Assembly: GCA_028023455.1 (NCBI GenBank)
Contig: JAQFVV010000004.1
Span: 15,810,001-15,874,000, forward strand
Direction: 5' to 3'
Origin: Epiperipatus broadwayi
Taxonomy: Eukaryota > Animalia > Onychophora
Length of the DNA: 64,000 bases
Shown here: positions 50,621 through 60,954 of the stretch, piece by piece
Position numbering within the stretch: position 1 is the first letter of the stretch
How the letters are laid out: each line of letters begins with the position of its first letter
Program-made: the position numbers and the translations under genes
The notes under the pieces: model-generated
Seen by the model: only the letters and a program-made list of their open reading frames with translations
What the model was told of the DNA's origin: nothing
Database searches by the model: none

Positions 50621-52012
50621 AGACATATTACACGTTATAGTATAATTATAGCTTCACTAACGTATGCGAAAAAAGTCACATATTTATAATTATAAATATT
50701 GTTACAATAAATAATATACATTCTCACTTTAATATTCAATAATATGATAACAAGAAAGTGGTTCCATTTTCCTATTGGTTCTCTTTGTATATAAAAAAGA
50801 TTGTCTTCAATACTTAAAAAAATAAAGTGTGAATACTAATCAATCCAACACACTTATTGTAAGGCACACATTAAACAGATTTATTTATTTATTTATTTAA
50901 CAAAATAAAGAAAGTCCTTATTTTAAACTGTATAATGAATATTTAACTGATCTATATGTAATACAATAAATCACAAGGTAAAATATACATAATGTTAAAT
51001 ACAATCATTTTTTAAATAGTAAATAGAAAATGGAGCTGCTTTCTTGTTGTTGTATTGTTGAATATCAAAGTGGGAGTGTGGTTTGTATTTAATGTTATAT
51101 ATATAAATATTCACATTGTGGTTTGTATTACATATAGATTGTTTAAATGTTTATTACAAATTTTAAAATAAAAAAGGAGTTTCTTTACTTTCTTATATAA
51201 AAAATGATATGCATTGAGTCTATTTCTTATATACCTTCTTATTTAAAAAATAAGATGCCCCCAGAAGAAGCAGTAAAATTTTAAGCTCAGAAAATTGGAG
51301 AAAAATTTTTTTAATGATTTTATTAAAAATTAAGAAACATTTTATTTACTTAAATAGAAACTAATGTAAACACAATAAGCTTACCTAATTTATTGCAAAT
51401 CTTCAGATGTAGTTTCATTTTTTACATCTTCACTTTTACAAATTGAATTTCTTATCTTCACTATTGCACCCGGGTATATCATCTTCAAGCCATTTTAAGA
51501 TTTTTTTTTTTGATACTTTTTTCAGATATATCTTTCCAAGACTGCAAAACTAACTTAAAATTATAAGTGTATTGTTGCATCAAACAGTCTTTTTTTAAAG
51601 TGTAAATACCATAATGTTTATTTATTTTTTTCAAAGAAAAAAAAAATTTTTTTTTAATGTAGTATTTACATTTTATGTTACCGGTAAATTTTTTTTCTTT
51701 TAATTAAAAACTTTTTCTAAAATGCAAATTAATAATTTGTCAGATTATTAAAGTAAAGAAAAGTTTTTTTAAAAAATAAATTTATCTTTATAATTGGCAA
51801 AAATAATCTACAGCGGACAATATAAAATACATTTTTGTCATCCAATTACAAATTGCAGTCATACATCATTGGGGTTTTTTTTTCAATTTGTTTTTGTGTA
51901 TAAAAATACATTTTTCTATTAAAATCTGAATCATTTTTCTAAAATAATTAATATTTTTATAAATATTTCCGGAAAAAAGTTATAAATGTGTAAAAAAAAA
52001 AAGATTCTAAAA

Positions 52013-52385
52013 CATACATTTTTTACTTTGAAAATCAAAACAAAGATATCAGAACTGTCAAAATCATTAACAGATGCAATCTTGTGTAGAGAATAAGAAA
52101 CAACCAATCAGAGTGAAGGCAGGTTTTTATCTCATTGTTGTATTAATTTATTACTTGTAAAAAATTTTAAACATTATTCAGTATAGTTTTTTGTATAAAA
52201 TAATGGTAAAATTGGCAATTATAAAACATGTTTTCACTTTGAAAATTAAAACAAAGGTATTGGAATTGTCAAAATTGTTGACAGGCACTATCTTCCATAG
52301 AGAACAAGAAATAACCAATCAGAGTGAAGACAGGTTCTTATCTCATTGTTGTATTGATTTATTAGTTGTAAAAAAATTCTAAAGG
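52013..52385. repeat. Diverged tandem duplication, period about 214 bp
   Basis: ctttgaaaat.aaaacaaag.tat...aaccaatcagagtgaag.caggtt.ttatctcattgttgtatt occurs twice. Confidence 0.8.
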
Positions 52386-53141
52386 TTTGAAAGAGAAAGA
52401 ATTATAGCCATTTATGAAATTAATCCAAAAAAATACTGATATTTAATGTTTTAAATCTTTTTTCTTTTGATTAAAAAAGATTTAATATGCTATTCTACAT
52501 AGAGATATCAACGATCGTGATTGTAATACTATGCACATGTATAGTGCAAAGCAAAGATCTGCAGAAATAAGATGTTAAAAATATTAGATTCAAATCTAAG
52601 ATATACCCCTCTTTTATAAGTCAAAAATTTGGGGGAAAAAGTCTTATATTCAAAGGAGTATGATCTTTATGATGGGAGATTTCAAAGTTTAAAATGTCTA
52701 ATGTTTTACTCTTTCTTTATATATATATATGTATATTAAACAATTTTGCTTACAAGCAATTTAAGATCATTGTTAATTTAAATTTCATGCATTTGTTTGA
52801 ATAGATCTGTATTTCAATATACTTAACAACATTGTAGCATATGATTAAGAGATTACTCTTTGATTGAATTGTTTGAAATTTGGACTTTATATTTATTCAT
52901 AAGATTGGCATTGCTGAAAAAACATGATATTTGGGTGGATCATTGAAATTTTATATATATGGGCATATTAAATCTATACACTGGTGGATAGTTATCATAT
53001 TTTTAAATTTTAACATGAGGAATGCACTGTTATAAATTTGAGATCTAATTATTACATACTTATATATACATAAGATGTCCTGGTGAAAAGATGGTCAATA
53101 TAAAGTAAAATATAGTTTTTACATTTTTCTTTCATTATTGT

Positions 53142-54082
53142 TTATTCAAAATAGTCTCCTTGTGACTCAATATATCACTGGAAATGATTATAAAACTGTA
53201 TGATACAGTCTTTGGTATCCTCAGCCACATGTTCCTTTCAGGATCAACATCAAAATTCATTAGGAGCTAAATCAGAACCAAATTCTCAAGATCAAACAAT
53301 AATGTTTTTGGACTAAAAATTTGATACAATCTTGTCAATATGTGCTATACTTTATTATGTAACAAGGTCTAAAAGTTTTCTCATAGTATTCAAGTTACTT
53401 ACACAAAGTTTTGGCCCACCAATGATTCATAACATCCAAGTAATAGCTAGTAGTTATCATTTGATCTTTAGAAATGCTATTTGTTATGAATAATGACTTT
53501 TGAATAGAAAAAAAAATCAGTGAGCAAGATTTTGATTTGGTTCTTTTCCATTCACAACTTTTTTGTTTTTCTTTCTGGTAATCTCCATCTGCACTCTGGT
53601 GCTTGATTGATGGTTCTCATTGGAAACATCATGTCTCATTATCCATTACGATATTTGATAAGGATTTCAAATCAGTACTTCCCGTTTTTTTGCATGTCTC
53701 TATAATGCTTTTCGATTGTCAGCAACCTTCCATTTTTTCAAATCTTCCAATAAAATGCAGTAAATACTGGATTTTTGAAAATGCCATTTTGTTTCTCAAT
53801 GAATTTGAGATTTATAGCAATCTATTCAAAGAATTTTGGCAACTTTTAGCCAATATTTTTATTTACAGTTTTTTATGAGTTTGTCCACAGATTGTCTTCA
53901 ATGTTTTGTATGACATCACATACTCTTGTGACTCCTATACACAGCTTAAATTATTTCAAATGTTTCAGTAGTAGTTCTTTCCAATTTAAACCAAAATCTA
54001 ATGTTAATACAGTGTTTCATCATGAGTTTTCTACAAAGGTATGTCAACATATGGTCACATTTCAAGTTGTAATTCCAGACAT
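53142..54082 (-). pseudogene. Mariner (Tc1/mariner) transposase pseudogene
   Basis: N-terminal RFWFKLERTTTETFEII-like, IVMDNETW-like, DLAPNEF and C-terminal ESQGDYFE*; many stops; TIRs not resolved. Confidence 0.85.
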
Positions 54083-54579
54083 ACTAGTCTTAAACAAAAT
54101 TTTCGGTGAATAGCTAAACTATGTCACTATGTAATATATTGTGTTGATTCAAAAGTGGTGCTACAAAGAGAAGTTTAGAGAGAGAACCAATCTTTTTTTT
54201 AAACTAAAATACTACAACAGGGATTAAATATTTTAAATAAAATTAAGTAGACCAAGTATATTTTCATCATCATAATCATAGTTGTTCTATTAAGAATCTA
54301 TGAAACTCATTTTTTTTAATTTGAATAATGTTTGCTTTTGAGTTTATTATATAATTGTTTTGTGCATAAACTATTTCTTGTTTGATCTTACCTTTTCTGT
54401 TGTTTCTCTCTTCCCACATTATTTTAGTAATACTATGAACAAAACTGTGTTTGAAGCCTATTTTATTGCACAAAATGAATATATAATGAACCAAAGACCA
54501 AACAGTATTCAAATTGAAACTCCAATATTATATATAATAGTTTTTAATTAAGGGATATTATATATAAAAAAAAAGGGTT

Positions 54580-54610
<31 letters not shown>

Positions 54611-54612
<2 letters not shown>

Positions 54613-55130
54613 AGAAGGACATGAACTCTGACTTTCAAGCTCCCTACAACTCTATCTTATATAACATACACATGACCACATATATGTGCAAAAGATAAAA
54701 GATCTCCAATATATATATTTCATGCTATACCAGTACTCATCAGTTGATCCAGATTACCATCTCCCATATATATATATATATAATCAGTGCTCAGTTTATA
54801 TTAAGATAATAAATCTTCAAACTTCAATGGACAAGCTTCAATCTTTTCCAGCTTTTCAACCATTCATGTCATTGAAAATCCAAGGATGAAATATTCAAAT
54901 CCCTTGTTGATTCCAATATTATGTCATGCCCATGTTGCCTTTAAGTCACTCTGACCCCTCACATATAGGACCTTAATATGTTTATTTAAATATACAGATG
55001 AGGGGTGGGAAGAATGCAGGCTGAATATGTAATATTTAAATACGTGTATGTTGTTTATCATGAGTATTGGCTGTATAAGATAGAGTGGATAGTTTTAAGG
55101 AGCTTGAAAGTCTGACTTCAAGTCCCTTCT
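54611..55130. mobile_element. Family B-related element with HHR (about 54706-54747, minus) and short inverted end
   Basis: CUGAUGA-GUACU/gguau/AGCAU-GAAA-UAUAUA-UA-UUGG; 55075-55130 is inverted relative to 54611-54660. Confidence 0.75.
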
Positions 55131-56184
55131 AATTATATTAAGTTTAGTATAGACAATATACATGTATTTAAATATATATAATACATTTATTTTATGCTTA
55201 TTTTGCCTTACCGTAATTATTATTTACTTATATATATATATGATTAATCAGGCAAAGACACAATACAATTTTCTATGAAAATGGCTTAGTTTTGCAAAAT
55301 AGTATTCTAGGTTAAGTCTCAGTAAACTATACTGGTTCTTTTTTGTACCAAATTGGTTTTATTAAAACTAATTCTGAATATACAGTTGACATACTTTTTA
55401 TTGAAGATTTTTGACCGGAAATACTTTAGTTTACTAAAGTTCTAAACCATTTTTATTATTTGGACTGTGAAAAGTTGTCATTCAAGTCAATAAAAACAAC
55501 AGATATTGTGTTCCTGAATATAAGACCAGAATTAATATTTCTGTTTGCTCCAAAAGAAACTGTAGGACTTATTTTCAGAGATGTTTTATATTTTCATGTA
55601 CAAAAACTACATTTATTCCAAATAAAAAAATGTACATTTATTCTAGTACTTCTCTTTATAAAAAGCTGTAAGATTCTTATCTTGGGATCCCCCACAATTC
55701 CTTTCTTGTTCTCATTGGAATAGCTCTTTCTTTTTGTACTCATCTTCTGATCAGAATATCATTTTACTTAAATTTGCCATTAAATAAAATGTTAATTGAA
55801 GACTTTCAAGACAGCAATGAACAAAATTATTACAGTTAAGAATAGTTTTGTCCACACAAAAGCAACAAAAAAAATGCAAGCACAGAAATTCAGAAAAATG
55901 TTTCTGTATTTCACACATATACATTAAGATGTAACATATAGTGTATTGAATTATGATATTTCATATATGATACAACTATGTCCATCTGTTATCAAGTCTG
56001 TACATGGTAGACACTTTCCAAATTATTTATAATAGTCCTACTTGAGTATTCTTTTTAAAAACTTTTCTTTAGAAAAAAGATTGATAATTTAACTTAAGCT
56101 AAACTTTGATATTAAAATTGCTTCCATTGTTTTAATAAAATCTTTTAGAAGGAAAAAAATGATTAAGAAATCAAACTATTTTTT

Positions 56185-56435
56185 TGTATTTACATATTGG
56201 ACTATTTCCATCATCTAATATGAGTATTGAATGTCTTAAAAAAATTTAACTTTATTTAAATATTCCAAATACATTCAACTATTAGTAATATGCACAATGT
56301 TGTGAGAAGTATTGTTCTCCCCTTTTCTTCAGATGTTTCTGGCCTGACAAGTGAAGACTAGCATGGGAATCAAACCTAGACCCTTAGATTCTTGAATATT
56401 AAATTTTAAGATAACACTCTAACCAAACTTGCATA
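56185..56435 (-). mobile_element. tRNA-like head joined to family F HHR-like pLTR
   Basis: B box GGTTTGATTCCC (56365-56376), then CUGAAGA motif about 30 nt downstream (56293-56335). Confidence 0.65.
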
Positions 56436-56626
56436 GAGAGAAAAAGGCATAAAGAAGAAAATTTAAAGAAGCTGCTTACATGCCAATGACAAACAATCCC
56501 ATAAGTCAACCTAGTGTGACTATACATAATGCAACCACTAATTGACTTTGCTCTTAGGAAAAAGTGGAGAAATCAGGAAGAACCTCATAGATAAGTATAT
56601 GAAATGTTTTACTGGCTGTTGCCTTT

Positions 56627-56708
56627 GGCAGAATGGCTTAGTTGGTTAGAGTGTTACCTTAAAATTTAATACTCAAGAATCTAAGGGTCCAGATTTTATT
56701 CTCATACT
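56627..56708 (+). mobile_element. tRNA-like SINE head, inverted partner of 56360-56435
   Basis: A box TGGCTTAGTTGG; aagggtccag resembles the tRNA-Lys variable/T region. Confidence 0.65.
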
Positions 56709-56711
56709 ACT

Positions 56712-58910
56712 ACTGTTTTTGTTTTTCTCAGTGATGAGCTGTTTATTCATCAAAAAAAAAAACAGATACAATGAAACAAATGAAATGTCAGGAACAAAAT
56801 GGTAAGAGGGGGAAGGATACATGTAAAAAGGGAATGGGAAGTGGACAGGGGAAATGGTGTGTAGTTCAGGCTGGTTAGAAAAGCACATCTTAGAAAAAAG
56901 TAGGAATACGGAAATTAGGAATACGGAAATTTTATGGTAAGTGAGGATGAGCTGGGTCGGGAGAGATATGAGGAGTACAGTTCTTGCTTCTCCTGCCAGA
57001 ATTGCACAATGATTCATTCTTGATGTTACTTGATGAACCACTGTCCAAGAGTGCAAAGGGAGGAGGGTGACGAGGCCTGGGTTGAAGCCAGATAATTTTT
57101 TGCTGGAAGAAATCTTTTTTTTCTTGGGTGTTATGAATGTCTGAGAATTGCCCTTGGTTCAGGAAAAGGATCCATTATAATTTTACTGGGAAGATCAAGG
57201 ATGGAAATCTGCCTGTCAGAGTTGGTGTCACTATCTGATGGGTTAGGGCGTGCACGTTTCTGATGTTTCTTGTTAGTGAGCCAGAGTTGGTAGACTCAGA
57301 TAGGATGATTTCTGAGTTTGAATAAGTGTTCATGTCCATTAAGGAAAGGGGGTCCTGTGAGCGAGCTGTAACTGACAGGAGTGGTGGGCTGCGAGTGAGA
57401 CCAAAATTATGTGGCCTAGGGGAAGCTGGAATCTTACTGAAAGGTGAGAGGGTGGCCAAATGCTGAAAGATTGAATTGAGGTGAGGTGGAGGTGAGAGGT
57501 TAGCTGAAGGAGGATGTTCATATTTATTGGGGCTGTGTGGAGCACAAATGTGTTTTAGGCCCTTTTCTTTTTGGCAAGAGTTGCATTTATTTTTTTGAGG
57601 GCAGTCCCAATTAAGGTGGTTGCGGTCTTTGCAGGTGAAACATTATGGCCTCATCCCCTTAATTGAAATGACCAAAGGTGCTAGTTCAGCTGCTATTGTG
57701 TGGGAATGCTTTCAGGAGAAAGACCTTTTTAAAGATGAATTGAAATAAGGCTGTGTTGGTGAAGGTGAGACCATTGGTGAGAGGATCCCTAAGGTACTCA
57801 AATGAGGTAATGTCCAAATGCCTCGAGATATTTCTGTAGGTGCTGCCTCTGCATACCTAGGTGGCAGTTTTTGATAAACCCCTTAAGTATGGATGGTCTA
57901 TTGATGTCTATTGGAACCATGAACATATTGTTTAAAAATTTGAATCTGTTTTTGATGGCTTGTCTTTGTATTGTGTTGTGAAACTCTAATGCCTTGTATC
58001 GGTCATTAGGAAGGGTGAGGATTTTATGTATATAATCAGTTAGCTTGTGGAGTTTGATAAGGTCATAGAGCTGCTGTGTTGGAAGTTTATGGAGTCCACA
58101 TTGTAGATCTGTAACCGCCAGAATGACAGAGCTGTCACTCTGGTAGCAATGAAGTGACTTGAGGAGGGGTGGTGGAACTGTTTGATTAAAATGTTCTGAG
58201 ATCATTGTGTGATTCTCTGGTGTGAGATGTTTAGTAGAAATGAAGGCTTCAGAGGTGGCTGAATCATGATTGTTCAGATTGTCCTCATCAAGGCCCCACA
58301 GATTTTGAAGGAGCTCCGCTTGGGGTGTTTGTGTTGTGGTTCTATTAGGACTTTTTGGTAAGATGCTGGATGCAGCCTGAGCATATGAGTTAGCAAAGAC
58401 TTGCTGTGGTGATGGATTTTTAATAAGGGATTGCTCTATAGTGTGACTGATAATACTGGGAGTAGTATTGGCAGACTTGGTTGTGCTCGTAGATTGAGAT
58501 GGGGAATTATGAGTAGCATCATCTTTGGAGTAGTTATTGTGTATTAAATTTTTAGAGAAATCAGAGTTGGCTGAGGTTTCTGTATTAAACTTAGGTGTAG
58601 CAGGATGTTTTTTACCCTTTATAGTGGAGGAGTTTTTAATGTTGCCAGTTTTGCTTGGAGCAACCTTTTGATTGGCGAGATTACTTTTTTGGAATTGCTT
58701 CTTGCCTTTGATGGGGCAAGCCTCAGCCTGTAAAGGAGGAAATCCAGAGGGTCTGGGGATGGAGATCCTGAAATAGATTCTGTGCTGAAAGTTTTTTTGG
58801 AGTTTAATTTAGTTAACATTTTTTGGAAGTTTTGAAGATTTTTGTTTTTGTGAATGTTTTTGCACATTTTGCCGCTAGGGGCGGTGGCCATCTTTAAACT
58901 GTTTGGAAGA
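56712..58910 (-). mobile_element. L1/Tx1-like ORF1-only element (HAL1-like candidate)
   Basis: ATG at 58891, SYAQAAS motif, RRM-like YLEAFGH..FEYLRDPLTNG, CCHC CFTCKDRNHLNWDC (57601-57642), pyrimidine-rich 3'UTR, AATAAA (56742-56747), A-rich tail. Confidence 0.65.
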
Positions 58911-59494
58911 GTTACAGATTATATAAAGAAAAAATATTGAAGTGAAATCTAAAGAATTTGATTTTAAAAAAATGAAGTAATTTCACACTGGAGAGATTGC
59001 TAATGTTAATTATAGTTGGTTAATACAAAAATTGATTAGAAATTAAGGCAGTTTGCTACCCCAGGGGGGGGGGTGAGAAAAGAAGATCGTTTTTAATGAC
59101 CTAAATAATTGGAACAATACATAAAAAAATTTGGTAAAAAAAGTTTTGAGTGATAAGAGAACTGGAGAGGAAATGAAGTCAAGGGTCTAGGAGGAAATAA
59201 AACCCTCTATGGTACATAAAACAGTGAACCTGCCCATCAAACAGGGAAGACTATGGTAATCTATTGTAGTTAATCAGATATTAGATGCAGTGAAATAATG
59301 ATGAAATACACTAAAAACTGATAATTGTGAATGAAAAGGCATGAAAAGGCACACAAACAGCAAATAATGTTCTTTAAAGAGACAAATACACATAGGGAAT
59401 ACCTCTGATAGCAGGAAAACTGACTTTTTAAAGTCTTTTCAAGAGAGCTGTGAAGCAAGTGATTTTCTTTCTAGAAGCAGCTCCTGTTATTGGT

Positions 59495-59712
59495 CTAGCT
59501 AGCAACACTTGAAGAAGAGGGGAGAATAAAACCTCTCAAAACATTGTACATATACTAACCTGTGTGATATCATTAACAGTTGAATGTATTTGGAATATTT
59601 AAATAAAGTTAAAATTTTCTAACGATATTCAATACTCATATTAGAGAATGGGAATAGTTCAATGTTATAAATACAACTAAAACACCATCATCAGTAACCT
59701 TCAGAAAAACTT
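59495..59712 (+). mobile_element. Family F pLTR with degenerate HHR (59506-59548) and 3' tail
   Basis: Homologous to the 12.2-12.5 kb and 56.2 kb copies. Confidence 0.75.
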
Positions 59713-60337
59713 TTTTTTTAATCTTGAATATTTAAAAGCTACCATTCTGAAACTATAAAACTAAATCAAACATTTAAAATCTAAATATTAAATATAAATA
59801 AAATAAGTACCTAAAAGTATATAACTTAAATTATAATTGTCCAATATACTGATTTGTGGTAGATAAATGATTTTTTTTATACAGATAGAATTACGTTTGT
59901 CAAAAATTAATGATGGAAAAATACTAAAGAACCATATAATTTATATTACTAATTATTTAAATAATTAAGCTCAATGATTTGATGACATAGGTAGAGCTTC
60001 ATCAATTTTCTTTTATGGTTATTATATTGCAAACATGCAAATTCATTAAAATCAAAATCCAGTTTAATTACCTCTGTATGTAGGTGGAAATGCTGATATA
60101 TTTTGTCAACTCCCCTAAGTCTGGTTTTGATAAAGACACTCCATGTCAAAAGCTTGGCTTAGCAGTTTAATAAATTTATTTTACGTATTTTGACTCACCG
60201 TAATTATTATTTATTTGCTTATTTGTATATTACATATTGTCTACAGCATTAATCTTGTAAGTCTGAGTTCAAACCCCCTATATTTATTACTTTATAATTC
60301 AATATTCATTGATTATCTATGTGTCTGACAATCTTAA

Positions 60338-60437
60338 CTAGGGCTTATATTTGGGGTAGGGCTTATATTATAAGCATCCTAAAAAAATCATGCTAGGACT
60401 TATTTTCTGGTTAGGTCTTATTTTCCAGAAACACAAT
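60338..60437 (-). mobile_element. One end of a Tc1/pogo-type MITE
   Basis: Sub-terminal AAATAAGACCTA/TATAAGCCCTA repeats behind TAttgtgtttc. Confidence 0.55.
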
Positions 60438-60954
60438 AGATTAGTAGAATTATTCTCATGAAAGCATTTTAGTGGTTATAAACAAACTTTTTTACTTATT
60501 TTGATGTTGGGGTCACATTTTAAAAATCTTCCTTATAACTGTATTATCCAGTTGTGGATGCTTTATCAAGAAACTTCCGTTTATTTGCAGTCTGAACTCA
60601 ATTTGTTTAATAACATTCTTATTATTCTAATTGTCCTCCACCACCCACCCACCCACAGTCTTTTGAGAAAAAGAGAGTTAAATTAAATAATGAGAGCATT
60701 TCTCATCAGTAACATGTTCAGCTTTATTATAACTTACAAAATTATTTTCTTTGCTATTCAGTTAATCAAAAGTTCTTAGATTTTGTCTGTTTTGTAGTTG
60801 TTTTTTTTAAATATGAACTACATTATTTATCATTTACAATCCATTTTCATAATACCTTAATAATTTTATTATTTAATTCTATTTTTTCTTTTACCTTTGA
60901 ACCTATTTGCAAGCTGATATAATTTTTATTTGCTGATCTTTATTTTTTTTTAGG

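Larger units (their letters stand above)
50140..50700 (+). mobile_element. 5'-truncated Penelope-like element: GIY-YIG ORF end plus 3' pLTR
   Basis: VVYKMACP..C.ASYCSES..NL.TR..QH...GHVFE....II..E.....R...EA.YI......IN pattern. Confidence 0.88.

Noticed and set aside
57027-57054. ALLDSGSSS as an aspartic protease motif
   Set aside because: Isolated motif in a Ser-rich end with no second protease motif or downstream pol
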